Assembly: GCA_963832165.1 (NCBI GenBank)
Contig: CAWHTE010000005.1
Location: 64,001 to 128,000 of the forward strand
From: an uncultured delta proteobacterium
Lineage (GTDB): Bacteria > Myxococcota_A > UBA9160 > SMWR01
DNA length: 64,000 bases
Direction of reading: 5' to 3'
Positions 1 through 9,974 of the stretch are shown one piece after another (positions within the stretch are counted from its first letter, which is position 1; each line of letters opens with the position of its first letter). Position numbers and translations under genes: made by a program. A model generated the notes under the pieces. The model did not search any database. It was not told the DNA's origin and was given only the letters and a program-made list of their open reading frames with translations.

Positions 1-519
1 CTGCGCGACGACGCCAGGCGCGCCTGGCGAGAGCGCCGACACGTCCGGCAGTGCGCGCGGCGGCGCCGCGCGGCACTCGTCCAGGAGTGAGCGGATCATG
101 CCCTCGAGCCCGAGCGAGCGGCCCTCGGCCGGACCGAAGACCCGCGCCACACCGCGCGTCTCGAGCTCGCGCGCCTCCTCGGGCGTGATCGTTCCGCCGC
201 CGCCGCCGTACACGCGGATGTGCTCGCCGCCGAGCTCGCGGAGCCGCTCGACGAGGTAGGCGAAGAACTCCATGTGGCCGCCCTGGTACGAGGACACGGC
301 CACCGCGCGCGCGTCCTCCTGCACCGCGGCGACCGCGATCTCCTCGACCGAGCGGTCGTGGCCGAGGTGGATCACCTCGGCTCCCTGCGCCTGGAGCAGG
401 CGCCGCATGATGTTGATCGCCGCGTCGTGGCCGTCGAACAGCGACGCGGCGGTCACCACCCGCACGCGGTCCGATTCGCGCAGCGGATGGAGCGGGACGA
501 CCGGGGCCGCGGGGCTCAT
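1..519 (-). CDS. icmF: Fused isobutyryl-CoA mutase/GTPase IcmF, N-terminal cobalamin-binding domain (partial, runs off window start)
   Basis: Manual translation from ATG at 519: [38 protein letters not shown]...[11 protein letters not shown], the DxHxx B12-binding signature of IcmF; ATGA overlap with upstream MerR gene; not in ORF track because it is open-ended. Confidence 0.85.
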   Translation of the reverse strand, partial: MSPAAPVVPLHPLRESDRVRVVTAASLFDGHDAAINIMRRLLQAQGAEVIHLGHDRSVEEIAVAAVQEDARAVAVSSYQGGHMEFFAYLVERLRELGGEHIRVYGGGGGTITPEEARELETRGVARVFGPAEGRSLGLEGMIRSLLDECRAAPPRALPDVSALSPGAPGVVAQ

Positions 520-995
520 GCGCCCCCCCTCTGCCGCCTTCTCGCGCCGTTCGAGCCGGCCGCGCCGCCGATCCGATGTCCCACGCGCCCGCGATAGGCG
601 TCGATCTCCTCGCGCAGCGCCACGAGCTCTGCGATCCGCGACTCCACGTCCGCGCGATGGCGCGCGAGCAGCTCGTCGAGTCGCGCGAGCATCGCGCGCG
701 TCGAGCCCCCGATCGCATACACCGCGTTCAGCTCCTTGATCTCCGCGAGCGAGAGGCCGAGCGCCTTGAGCCGCGAGATGAAGCCCAGGCGCTCGATCTC
801 GTCCGGCCCATACACACGCCGGCCCCCCGCGCGCCGCCGCACGCCCGGCAGGAGGCCCAGCTCTTCGTAGTAGCGCAGCGTCCGCGCGGAGATGCCCGCG
901 CGCGAACGCACTTCCGCGATCGACAGGTCGTCGCGCCCGGACCCCGGACGGGCCGCGCGCGGGGCCTCCTCGGCCGCATCTGTTTGCCAGCTCAC
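516..995 (-). CDS. MerR family transcriptional regulator
   Basis: [26 protein letters not shown]...RRVY...[18 protein letters not shown] followed by coiled coil; start uncertain. Confidence 0.9.
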   Translation of the reverse strand: MSWQTDAAEEAPRAARPGSGRDDLSIAEVRSRAGISARTLRYYEELGLLPGVRRRAGGRRVYGPDEIERLGFISRLKALGLSLAEIKELNAVYAIGGSTRAMLARLDELLARHRADVESRIAELVALREEIDAYRGRVGHRIGGAAGSNGARRRQRGGA

Positions 996-1112
996 GTCAA
1001 CTGGCTAGCACAGGCCCCGGGCCGCCCGCCAGTCGGGCCGAACGAGTGCTTCCGGGGAGCCGCCGACGCTCGGGTGTTCCATCTCCAACAAATCCTTTAA
1101 GTTCGGAACGAG

Positions 1113-1787
1113 ATGCCTCCCGCGACCCGCGTCGTCACCTACTACGCGGTCCCCCGGAGCTCCGGCCCGGGCGCCTCCGACCGGCTCGCCGAGCTCTCGC
1201 GCACCACGGCCGCGTTCGCACGCACGCGCCGGCTCGTCGTGATCGAGCCCTTCGTCGAGGTCCAGCGGGGTCGTGAGCGTCCCGAGCTCACGCGCGCCCT
1301 GGCGCGCAGCCGCGAGGCGCGCGCGTCGCTGCTCGTGCCGAGCCTCGCCGCGCTCGGCGGTGACCTCGCGTTCCTCGAAGCGCTGCTCGCCGCGCGTGTC
1401 GCGCTGCTCGCGTCGGATCGCGGCGCCGTGCGACGCCCCACCCTGCAGCTCTTGTGCGACGTCGCACGCCACGCTCAGAACGCCGCCTCCGACCGCAGCC
1501 GCGACGCGCTTCACGCCGCGCGCCGGCGCGGCGTGAAGCTCGGCTCGCCGCGGCCCGAGATCGGCTCGCGCGCGGGCGTCGCGTCGCTGCGCGCGCGCGC
1601 GGATGCGCGCGCGCAGGCGCTCGCCCCGGCGCTGCGCGAGCTTCTCCTCTCGAATCCGTCGGCCTCGCTGCGCGACCTCGCCGCGCTGCTCGAGGAGCTC
1701 GCGCTACCGACGCCGCGCCGCGGCCGCTGGGGACCGAGCGCCGTGCGCAACGCGCTGCGCCGCACGGGCCTTGCCTCGCCCGCGTAG
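1113..1787 (+). CDS. Resolvase/serine-recombinase family homologue, catalytic motifs degenerate
   Basis: FVEV..G..RPEL..AL, GVKLGSP and C-terminal SLRDLA..L......TPRRGRWGPSAVRNAL match this family, but YxRxS reads YYAVP and DRLxR reads AALGG. Confidence 0.7.
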   Translation: MPPATRVVTYYAVPRSSGPGASDRLAELSRTTAAFARTRRLVVIEPFVEVQRGRERPELTRALARSREARASLLVPSLAALGGDLAFLEALLAARVALLASDRGAVRRPTLQLLCDVARHAQNAASDRSRDALHAARRRGVKLGSPRPEIGSRAGVASLRARADARAQALAPALRELLLSNPSASLRDLAALLEELALPTPRRGRWGPSAVRNALRRTGLASPA

Positions 1788-2720
1788 CGAAGCCCTGCGG
1801 CCGCGCGACTCCAGCACGAGGACTACGATCGCCGCGACGCCGAGCGGCACGAGCAGGAAGATCGCTCGCCACGCGAAGATCATCGCGAGGATCGGTGCGG
1901 TCCCGACGCGGTCGCCAAAGACCGCGAGGAAGACGGCCTCGAGCACACCGAGCCCGGCCGGAACGCGCACGATGAGGCCACCCAGCGCGGCGAGGCCGTA
2001 GGTCGCCGCAATCTGCGTGTAGGTGATCGACGTCTCCAGCGGACGCAGCGCGTAGAGGATCAGCGGCACGAGCATCCAGTAGGCACTGCCGAGACCGATC
2101 TGCGCGAGCGCGAAGCGCGGCCCGGGCAACCGATAGTCGCTGCCGCGAATCCGGATCGGTGCGCGCCGCACGCTCGCCGCAATCAGGTACCCGGCCACGG
2201 GTACCAGCGCGAGCAGCCCGAGACTGCGTCCGACCGCCGGCGAGAGATCCCACCCGAGCGCGAGCGCCGAGGGGTCGGTGAGCAGCATCGCGCCGAGTAC
2301 GCTCAGACAACCGCACCAGTTGGTGGCGATCGAGCACACCGCGATCGCGGCGATCCGCTCCGCGTCGACGCCTTCCCGGGAATAGAGCCGGTAGCGGAAC
2401 GCGAGTGCTCCCACCATCGCGCCGACATTGAAGTTGAAGGCATAGCTCACGAACGGAATCGAGAAGCCGAGCACCGCGGGGAGCCGCACGCCCGCATAGC
2501 GCGCCGACAGCCGGTCGTAGCACGCGACCACCGCGTAGCCTGCGGCCGTGAGCGCGAATGCCGCCGCGAGGCGCGGCGCCGACAGCCGCTGCAGCGCGGC
2601 GAGGATCTCGTCCGGATCGACCTCGCGCAGCTCGTCGCTCACCATCCAGACGACGACCCCGAAGAACGCGAGCGTCAGCGCCGCGCGCGCGAACCGCTTC
2701 GTCCGCTCGCTCACGTCCAT
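1704..2720 (-). CDS. Lysylphosphatidylglycerol synthase TM domain / YbhN-like membrane protein
   Basis: Multi-TM protein with YDRL, RYRLYS and VPAGLGVLEAV motifs; downstream of EEP and PLD genes. Confidence 0.8.
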   Translation of the reverse strand: MDVSERTKRFARAALTLAFFGVVVWMVSDELREVDPDEILAALQRLSAPRLAAAFALTAAGYAVVACYDRLSARYAGVRLPAVLGFSIPFVSYAFNFNVGAMVGALAFRYRLYSREGVDAERIAAIAVCSIATNWCGCLSVLGAMLLTDPSALALGWDLSPAVGRSLGLLALVPVAGYLIAASVRRAPIRIRGSDYRLPGPRFALAQIGLGSAYWMLVPLILYALRPLETSITYTQIAATYGLAALGGLIVRVPAGLGVLEAVFLAVFGDRVGTAPILAMIFAWRAIFLLVPLGVAAIVVLVLESRGRRASLRGRGKARAAQRVAHGARSPAAAARRR

Positions 2721-3439
2721 GCCTCCAGCACGCCGCGCACGGGAAGATGGTCCGACGCCCAGCTCGCGAGCCGGCTGCGATGCGCGCCCAGCTCGACCAG
2801 CGCGTGCTGCGGGTGCACCCAGATCCGATCGAGCGCGAGCACGGGCATCGGGGACGGGAAGCTGCGCACGGCGGGCGATCGACCGAACACCGCGTTCAGT
2901 CGCCGCAGCGTGTGGCCCATCGGCGCCCACTCGTTGAAGTCGCCGAGCAGGATCGTGCAGCCGTCGCCGTGGTGTCCGACCGTGCGCACGAGCATCTCGG
3001 TCTGCAGCCGACGCTCGGAATGCCGCAGGCCGAAGTGGGTGACCAGCACGCGCACCGGCAGACCACCAACCTCTATGTCGGTATCCAGCAGCGCGCGCGG
3101 CTCGCGCCCGGGCACACCGATCTCGATGCGCCGCACCCCCTTCACGGGCCAGCGCGTCAGCACCGCGTTTCCATAGCTGCCGCTGTGGCGGACAAGCGCC
3201 GGCCCGTAGACGGCCGACATGCCGGTCGCGCTCGCGAGGTATTCCGCCTGGTCGTCGCCATCCTCGACGTGGTAGCGGGCATCGACCTCCTGAAGGGCGA
3301 CGATGTCGGCATCGAGCTCCCGGATCACGGCCGCCACGCGATCGGCGTCGCGGCGCATATCGGCACCGATACAGCGATGGATGTTGTAGGTCGCCACGAC
3401 GGCGAAATGCGGCTGCGCGCGCAGCGATCGGGAGCTCAT
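2711..3439 (-). CDS. Endonuclease/exonuclease/phosphatase family protein (YbhP-like)
   Basis: ATYNIH, VALQEVD, YGNAVL, LLGDFNEW, LDRIW, ASDHLP; ATGA overlap with upstream gene. Confidence 0.9.
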   Translation of the reverse strand: MSSRSLRAQPHFAVVATYNIHRCIGADMRRDADRVAAVIRELDADIVALQEVDARYHVEDGDDQAEYLASATGMSAVYGPALVRHSGSYGNAVLTRWPVKGVRRIEIGVPGREPRALLDTDIEVGGLPVRVLVTHFGLRHSERRLQTEMLVRTVGHHGDGCTILLGDFNEWAPMGHTLRRLNAVFGRSPAVRSFPSPMPVLALDRIWVHPQHALVELGAHRSRLASWASDHLPVRGVLEAWT

Positions 3440-5568
3440 CCCGGCGCGCCCTCGCGCGCCTGCGCTCGCACGCGGAGATGGCGCCGGATCCCGAGCATCG
3501 CGGCGATCATCGCAAACGCGATCGCGGTCGCTCCTGCGAGCATCGACGAGCCGTACGAGCCGATCGCCCGGGCGGCGCCGTGACCGAGCACCGCCATCAC
3601 GAACAGCCCAGGCGCCAATGTGCAGACGGTTCCCAACAGGAACGGGCGCAGCGGGAAGTGCGTCGCGCCCGCGACCACGTTCACGGCCCCGAACGGCGCC
3701 AGCGGCAGCAGCCGTGCGGCGAACATCGCGCCCAGACCGCCGATCCGGAGCTGCCGGCTCACCCGGTCGACATAACGCCCGGCCAGCTGCCGGATCGTGT
3801 CGCGCCGCACGTAGACACCCATCGCATAGCCGGCGAGCGCGCCCACGAGCGCGCCGAGGAACGCCGCCGCGGACCCGATCCACGGCCCGAGCACGAATCC
3901 GCACAGCGCTCCGAGCAGGGTCACCGGGGCCATCGCGACACCACCGAGGGCGACCACCGCGCTCGCGAGCAGCGGTGCGATCGGGCTGTCGCGCCATGGC
4001 GCGAGCCATGCATCGATGCCGAACGTCGCCATGCGCGCCGGGAGCGGCGTCGCATACCAGATCGCGGCCACGCCCGCCGCTGCGGCCAGGATGATCGCGG
4101 CGTGCTCGAGCGGACCGCGCAGCGCCGCGACCGGGTCCTCCGGGGCCAGCTCCGCGATCAGGTCGCTCATGCCGACCGGATGCTCCGGATCGATCAGCGC
4201 GGAGTCGGGGACCACCGTGTCGATCCACGTGTCGCGGTCGACCGCGAGCGGAACGAGCGTGTGCCCACGCCCGCGCAGCGCCTCGATCGCGGCACCGATC
4301 GACCCGCGCTGTTGGATCTCCGCGTGGACCCGCGCCGGCGCGACGTCGAGGTGCTCACCGATCAGGCGATCGCGCAGCGCGACGATCGCCGTCTTCACGT
4401 CGCTGCGGCCGCGCGCCTCGATGAATACGTCGCACTCGCTGTCGAGCCCCATCGAGCGATTGTTCAGGTTGGCGGAGCCGATCCGCAGGATCTCGTCGTC
4501 GACGATCACCGCCTTGGCGTGGATCTTCACGTCGACGCCCTCGCCCGCACACACGAAGTAGACGCGCAGGCGGTCGCAGCGGTCGGCCGCGCGCAGCCGC
4601 TCGAGCAGGCGCGCGCGCAGGACGCCCATCGTCGCCTCTTCGAGCCAGCCCGAGCTCGAGTGGGTGAGTACGATCACGATCTCGGGGCAGTCGTCGCGCG
4701 AGAGCCGCGCGACGAGCGCGTCGCCGACCGCAGCGCTGGTCAGGTACTGGTTCTCGATGTAGAGCGAGCGCCGCGCACCGCGGATCAGATCGATCCACGC
4801 GCTCGCCACCTCGGCGACCCGAGGACGGTCGGCATAGGCCGGCTCGGTGCGCGCGATCGCAAGGTCCACCCGCTCGACATCCGGCTTCACGCTCGCGGGC
4901 CACGGATCGCCCGCGGTCCGCACCGCTTTGCGCAGCCGTCCGCCCGCGCGGCGCCAGCGCTCTCGAGCGAGCGCTGCGAGCGCGGCCGCCGCCGCGCCAT
5001 CGCAGACCATCATCAGATCATGATAAGGCGGATAGCGCCGCCCCCACGGATCGACGCGCCGCGGGTCGTGCGGGAGATGTTCGCAGCTATCCCAGCGGCC
5101 GTGCGAGATGTCCATACCTCCCACGAACGCGATCTTGTCGTCGATCGCCACGATCTTCTGATGCTGCGATCCGCCGATCGGGTGGAGCGAGTCGAGCCGG
5201 ATGTGCACGCGGCGATGCGTGCGCCAGCCGAACTGCACCAGCGGCAGCAGCTCGCGGTCGAGCGCATAGAGCATCGGGAAGTCCCATTCGAGTACCCGCG
5301 CGTGGAGCCGCCGGCGCCGCGCGACGAGCGCATCGAGCATCGGACCGAGTTCGTGCGGCAGACCGAAGGGATTGTCGGGCTCGATCATCCGCGTCCGGCT
5401 GTTGACGTCCCAGCCCACGATGTAGATCGACCGCTCGGCGCGCGCGAACGACTCGGCGACCGCGCGGTAGTAGTCCTCGCCGTCGATCAGGAACGCCACG
5501 CGCGACGCCGGCTCGACGCGCCAGCAGTTGTGGCCTGGCCGTGCGATCGGTGAAGTCGGCGTATTCAT
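3436..5568 (-). CDS. Phospholipase D family protein fused to C-terminal VTT/DedA domain
   Basis: Two HKD motifs (HQKIVAIDD, HAKAVIVDD) and GSANLNNRS; C-terminal hydrophobic RLLPLAPF...GTVCTLAPG DedA-like segment. Confidence 0.9.
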   Translation of the reverse strand: MNTPTSPIARPGHNCWRVEPASRVAFLIDGEDYYRAVAESFARAERSIYIVGWDVNSRTRMIEPDNPFGLPHELGPMLDALVARRRRLHARVLEWDFPMLYALDRELLPLVQFGWRTHRRVHIRLDSLHPIGGSQHQKIVAIDDKIAFVGGMDISHGRWDSCEHLPHDPRRVDPWGRRYPPYHDLMMVCDGAAAAALAALARERWRRAGGRLRKAVRTAGDPWPASVKPDVERVDLAIARTEPAYADRPRVAEVASAWIDLIRGARRSLYIENQYLTSAAVGDALVARLSRDDCPEIVIVLTHSSSGWLEEATMGVLRARLLERLRAADRCDRLRVYFVCAGEGVDVKIHAKAVIVDDEILRIGSANLNNRSMGLDSECDVFIEARGRSDVKTAIVALRDRLIGEHLDVAPARVHAEIQQRGSIGAAIEALRGRGHTLVPLAVDRDTWIDTVVPDSALIDPEHPVGMSDLIAELAPEDPVAALRGPLEHAAIILAAAAGVAAIWYATPLPARMATFGIDAWLAPWRDSPIAPLLASAVVALGGVAMAPVTLLGALCGFVLGPWIGSAAAFLGALVGALAGYAMGVYVRRDTIRQLAGRYVDRVSRQLRIGGLGAMFAARLLPLAPFGAVNVVAGATHFPLRPFLLGTVCTLAPGLFVMAVLGHGAARAIGSYGSSMLAGATAIAFAMIAAMLGIRRHLRVRAQAREGAPG

Positions 5569-5713
5569 CGAGTGGGTCCCCGGGCAGCTCGCGCAGAATT
5601 ACATCCTGCAGGATGTGCAAGTTGCGTACCGACGCGGTCGATTCTCGTGCGAGAAGGAGCGGGAGATGCCTTGCGGTTGAGTCAGTTGCGCGCGGCGCAG
5701 TAGGATCCGACCC

Positions 5714-6562
5714 ATGCCGCCCTCGCCCACCGTATCGCGCGCGCGACGGCGCTTCGGACCCCGGGAATGGGCTGCGGGCGCAGTCGCGGGCGCGCTGCTG
5801 GTCTGGATCGCCAGCTGCTCGCTGTGCAGCGACTCGGAGGAGCTCGCGAGTCCGCAGCCGCGGCCGGCGCGATCGCCCGGCCTCGCCGCATCGGGCTCGG
5901 ACCAGGAGATCGTCGCGCTGCGGATGGCACTCGAACGTGAGATCGAGGAGCGCGAGCATCTGGCCGCCGAAGTGGCCTCGCTGCGTGAGCAGATCGAATC
6001 CGGAGCCACCGCCGCAGGCCCCGACGCGGCGAGCTCCGCGGCGACGCCGGACCGCGGCACACGGCGCTCCATGTTCGATGGGAACGCGTTGGTCACCGCG
6101 GGCACGGCGCCCGCAGATGCGCAGGAGTTGCGCAGTCGCTGGGAGAGCACGGAGCTCGAGAAGATCCGGCTGATCGACCGCGCGACACGCGAGGGATGGC
6201 TCGGCACGGCGCAATACCAGGAGGAGCTGAACGCCCTCGAGAGCAATCTTCGCCGAGGCCTGAACGAGTCGGACTACGACCGCTACCTCTACGCGACGGG
6301 CCGGAACAACCGCGCACAGATCACCGATGTGCTCGCGAACTCGCCCGGCGAAGCTGCCGGATTCCGCCCCGGAGACACGATCCTCAGCTACGACGGCAAG
6401 CGCGTGTTCAGCATCGAGGAGCTGCGCGACCTGGCCACCCGAAGCCGGCCCGGGGACACGATCCGCGTCGAGGTCTTGCAGGACGGTAAGGTCGAGACCT
6501 TCTCCGTCCCGGGAGGGCCGATCGGGCTCATGCTGAAGCCCGGGCACCAGTCGCCGCGCTGA
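5714..6562 (+). CDS. Membrane-anchored PDZ domain protein
   Basis: N-terminal hydrophobic segment, coiled coil, C-terminal ITDVLANSPGEAAGFRPGDTILSYDG PDZ signature. Confidence 0.75.
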   Translation: MPPSPTVSRARRRFGPREWAAGAVAGALLVWIASCSLCSDSEELASPQPRPARSPGLAASGSDQEIVALRMALEREIEEREHLAAEVASLREQIESGATAAGPDAASSAATPDRGTRRSMFDGNALVTAGTAPADAQELRSRWESTELEKIRLIDRATREGWLGTAQYQEELNALESNLRRGLNESDYDRYLYATGRNNRAQITDVLANSPGEAAGFRPGDTILSYDGKRVFSIEELRDLATRSRPGDTIRVEVLQDGKVETFSVPGGPIGLMLKPGHQSPR

Positions 6563-6685
6563 CGCGCGCCGTCACGCGATGCGGCGCCGCGGCCACAATC
6601 TGCTTGCAAATGCCGTTCTAGAGCGAGTAATAATGCCCCCCAGCGCGCTAAACGCGGTGGATTCCACTCTATTCGGAGGCTCCAA

Positions 6686-7018
6686 ATGAAGGTCTGGACT
6701 GGTTATCAGAAAGGCTTGCTGCTGGTTGGGCTGATCGCGGGCGTTTCCGCCGGGTCGATCGTCTTCTCGACGTCGATGTCCCAGGCGGCTCCGCCCGACA
6801 AGGTCACGGTCTGCCATGCGGACGGTCAGGACGGCACGATCAAGTTCAGCGTGATCGTCGTTTCGCCGCAGGGCGCGGCGGCTCACCTCGATCCCGTCAC
6901 CGGCACGCCGAAAGCGGGCCACGAGGATGACATCCTCGGCGCAGACGGCGTCTGCCCCGGCGGTCCGACCCCGACTCCGACCCCCACGCCGACTCCGACT
7001 CCCACTCCGGGAGTCTGA
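6686..7018 (+). CDS. Small secreted protein with KVTVCH motif and Pro/Thr tail
   Basis: GGAGG RBS, signal peptide ending SQA-A, KVTVCH...AAAHL...GHEDDILG...C, then (PT)7P. Confidence 0.75.
   Translation: MKVWTGYQKGLLLVGLIAGVSAGSIVFSTSMSQAAPPDKVTVCHADGQDGTIKFSVIVVSPQGAAAHLDPVTGTPKAGHEDDILGADGVCPGGPTPTPTPTPTPTPTPGV
6965..7009 (+). repeat. Coding hexanucleotide-like tandem repeat (CCSACN) encoding (PT)7P
   Basis: ccgaccccgactccgacccccacgccgactccgactcccactccg. Confidence 0.85.
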
Positions 7019-7056
7019 GCCCGGGCGACTCGCCTAACAGCGAGCGTGTTTGATAG

Positions 7057-7082
7057 CGCGGGAGGGCCTCGGCCCTCCCGCG
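7057..7082. terminator. Hairpin between convergent genes, probable (bidirectional) terminator
   Basis: Perfect 11-bp stem CGCGGGAGGGC / GCCCTCCCGCG with CTCG loop; U-tract is weak. Confidence 0.6.
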
Positions 7083-7089
7083 TTGCATT

Positions 7090-8442
7090 TCAGCGCCAAC
7101 CCGGCACGGATGTATACACGGTGCGCTGATAGTCGGGCGCCTTCACGTAGCTCAGCGTGAACGGGCTGATCAGCGCGAAGCCGAGGACCAGCGCCGCGAC
7201 CGTGAGCCACACGCTGCCGCGCTGCTCGCGCCAGCTTCCCGGCCGGGTCCACCAGCCACTGTGATCGAGCCAGAGCGCCACCGCGATCACGCCGAAGACG
7301 AGCGGCGTCAGGTAGTGGTAGAGGAAGAGCACGCGCGATACGCCCGAGAGCGGTGCGTAGGAGATCAACCACCCGCATACGGGAATCCACAACTGCGCGG
7401 GCCACGCGCGCTCGGGATCGCCGGGCGCCGGCTCCGTCAACGCGCGCAGCGGAAGCGCCGCGAGCACGAGCACCAGACCGACGGCGGTCCCCCACCACAC
7501 GACCGGATTGCCCAGGAAGAAGAGATGACTGCCGCTCCCGCTCCAGTAGGAGACGGCGCGCAGCATCAGTGGCCAGCTCCACCACGGGCTCGCATAACCG
7601 TGGCTCGCGGGAAGACCCGTGTTGGCGCCCCACATCCGCACCTGCACGGTGAGCGTATCCGCGAGCCAGTCGCCGGTCGGCGCGCCCCACCGGTCGCCGG
7701 GCCCGGGCTCGGAGAGCAGCGCGAAGTGCAGCCACCAGCCCGCGGCGTAGACCGCGAGTGCCGCCGCCGTCACCGCGAACGCATCTCCCGCGAGCGTACG
7801 CAGCACCGAGAAGCGGCGATCGCGCAGCCAGGCGGCGATGCCGCACAGGCCGACCATCGCGAGCGCGGCGAGGCCGGTGAGCTTGGTGCCCACCGCGAGC
7901 CCCACGCACAGCCCGGACGCGAGCGTCCAGACCAGGCGCGGTGCGCCGCGCGCGTTCAGCGCGGCCAGGTAGCAGGACAGCGCGCCGAGTGTGGCGGCCA
8001 CGAGCACGCCATCGAGCACGAGGATGCGCGTCTGGATCAGCAGCGCGTTGTCCAGCGCGATGGCGAGCGCTCCCAACAGCGCTCCCCAATCACTGGCTTG
8101 GAGTTGGATCAGAAGTGCGAAGACGAGCAGGGGGATCAGCGTGCCCGCCAGCGCCGGAACGAGGCGCAGCAGCGCGGGCGAGACCTTCGTGATCGGCCGA
8201 TGGATCGCTCCGAACTCCTGGTCACCGCGGTACCCGCCCAGCGCCGCCGCGCCAGCCACGAGCAGCTTCGCGTGCGGCGGGTGGACGTCGAAGAAGTACG
8301 CCCCGGAGCTCACGTACGCGTTCACGAACTCGCCGAACCACGACTCGTCGAACACGACCGATCGCGGCTCCGAGAGCCGGAAGAAGTGCAGCGGCACCGT
8401 GACGGCGGCGACCGCGAGCAGATATCGCGTTCGTCGGCTCAA
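7090..8442 (-). CDS. Protein O-mannosyltransferase (PMT/GT39-like, phospholipid carrier-dependent glycosyltransferase)
   Basis: VVFDE, FFDVHPP, HGYASPWWSWPLMLR, LGNPVVWW, RVLFLYHY motifs; TTG start inferred just after upstream stop. Confidence 0.85.
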   Translation of the reverse strand: MSRRTRYLLAVAAVTVPLHFFRLSEPRSVVFDESWFGEFVNAYVSSGAYFFDVHPPHAKLLVAGAAALGGYRGDQEFGAIHRPITKVSPALLRLVPALAGTLIPLLVFALLIQLQASDWGALLGALAIALDNALLIQTRILVLDGVLVAATLGALSCYLAALNARGAPRLVWTLASGLCVGLAVGTKLTGLAALAMVGLCGIAAWLRDRRFSVLRTLAGDAFAVTAAALAVYAAGWWLHFALLSEPGPGDRWGAPTGDWLADTLTVQVRMWGANTGLPASHGYASPWWSWPLMLRAVSYWSGSGSHLFFLGNPVVWWGTAVGLVLVLAALPLRALTEPAPGDPERAWPAQLWIPVCGWLISYAPLSGVSRVLFLYHYLTPLVFGVIAVALWLDHSGWWTRPGSWREQRGSVWLTVAALVLGFALISPFTLSYVKAPDYQRTVYTSVPGWR

Positions 8443-8444
8443 AC

Positions 8445-9974
8445 CTAGACCGGCGTGATGTTCCGCCGCTTGGACGGCGCCGGATCGCGCCGGCCCCACG
8501 CGGCGCGCAGCCGCGCCGCGAGCTCGTTGCGCAGCTCGCGGTGCGGCACCACCGCATCGACGGCGAGCTCGCTCGCGAGCCGCTCGATGTCGATGTCCTC
8601 GCGGAACTCGCCGCGCAGCCGCTCCTCCTCGACCGCGCGCTCCGCCTCGGGCAGCGCCTCGAGCTTGTTGAAGTACACCGCGTTCACGGCCGCCTCGGGG
8701 CCCATCACCGCGATCATGGCGCCCGGCAGCGCGAGCGTGGCCTCGGGCTCGAAGCCGGGTCCGCTCATCGCGTAGAGCCCGGCGCCGTAGGCCTTGCGCA
8801 CGATGATCGAGAAGCGCGGCACGGTCGCCGACGACACCGCGGAGATCATCTTCGCGCCCGCGCGGATGATCCCCTGGCGCTCCACCTGCACGCCGACCAT
8901 GAAGCCGGGCACGTCGGCGAGGAACACGATCGGCAGTCCGAACGCGTCGCAGAGCCAGATGAAGCGCGCGGCCTTGTCGGCCGAGTCGACGAACAGCACG
9001 CCGCCCTTCGCCTTGGGCTGGTTCGCGACGATCCCGACCGGGTGGCCGTCGATGCGCGCGAACGCCGTGATCAGCTCCTTCGCGAACAGCCGCTTGATCT
9101 CGAACAGACTGTCCGCGTCGATCAAGCGCTCGATCACGCGCAGCATGTCGAACGTCTTGTTCTCCTGCGCGGGGATCTGCGCCTCGAGATCGTCGCAGCT
9201 CGCGATCGGCGCGACGGCCTCGGTGATCGGCGGCAGGGCGTCGCAGCTCGAGGGCAGATACGAGAGATAGGCGCGCGCGACCGCGATCGCCTCGGGCTCG
9301 GTCGCGACGAGAATGTCGCCGCAGCCCGAGGTGGTGCAGTGCATGCGCGCACCGCCCATCTCCTCGAGCGTGGTGTCCTGCGCGATCACCTTGGCCACCA
9401 TGCGCGGCGAGCCCAGGTACATGCTCGCGTTGCCCTCGACCATCACCACGATGTCACAGAACGCGGGGATGTAGGCGCCACCCGCGGCCGAGGGCCCGAA
9501 CAAGAGACACACCTGCGGCACGCGCCCCGACATCCGCACCTGGTTGTGGAAGATGCGCCCCGCGCCGCGCCGGCCCGGGAACATGTCGATCTGGTCGGTG
9601 ATGCGCGCGCCCGCGGAATCCACGAGGTACACGAGCGGAACACCGGCGCGCTCGGCGCGCTCCTGCACGCGCAGGATCTTCTCGACCGTGCGCTTGCCCC
9701 ACGAGCCCGCCTTCACGGTCGAGTCGTTCGCCATCACGCACACGGGCCGGCCGTCGATCCGGCCCGCCCCCGTCACCACGCCGTCCGCGGGCAGATCCCC
9801 CGCGAGGCTGTTCGCGAACGCGGCGTCCTCGACGAAAGAGTCGGCGTCGAGCAGCAGTGCGAGCCGCTCGCGGCAGAACAGCTTGCCCTCGGCGCGCGCC
9901 TTCTCGTGATACTTCGCGTCGCCGCCCCGGCGGATCTTCTCGAGCCGCTCGACCGCATCCTGCTCGCGCTTCAT
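8445..9974 (-). CDS. Acyl-CoA carboxylase carboxyltransferase (beta) subunit, methylcrotonyl-CoA carboxylase-like
   Basis: ANDSTVKAGSW, DSAGARI, AAGGAYIPA, DVPGFMVG, RKAYGAG; coupled to HMG-CoA lyase. Confidence 0.9.
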   Translation of the reverse strand: MKREQDAVERLEKIRRGGDAKYHEKARAEGKLFCRERLALLLDADSFVEDAAFANSLAGDLPADGVVTGAGRIDGRPVCVMANDSTVKAGSWGKRTVEKILRVQERAERAGVPLVYLVDSAGARITDQIDMFPGRRGAGRIFHNQVRMSGRVPQVCLLFGPSAAGGAYIPAFCDIVVMVEGNASMYLGSPRMVAKVIAQDTTLEEMGGARMHCTTSGCGDILVATEPEAIAVARAYLSYLPSSCDALPPITEAVAPIASCDDLEAQIPAQENKTFDMLRVIERLIDADSLFEIKRLFAKELITAFARIDGHPVGIVANQPKAKGGVLFVDSADKAARFIWLCDAFGLPIVFLADVPGFMVGVQVERQGIIRAGAKMISAVSSATVPRFSIIVRKAYGAGLYAMSGPGFEPEATLALPGAMIAVMGPEAAVNAVYFNKLEALPEAERAVEEERLRGEFREDIDIERLASELAVDAVVPHRELRNELAARLRAAWGRRDPAPSKRRNITPV

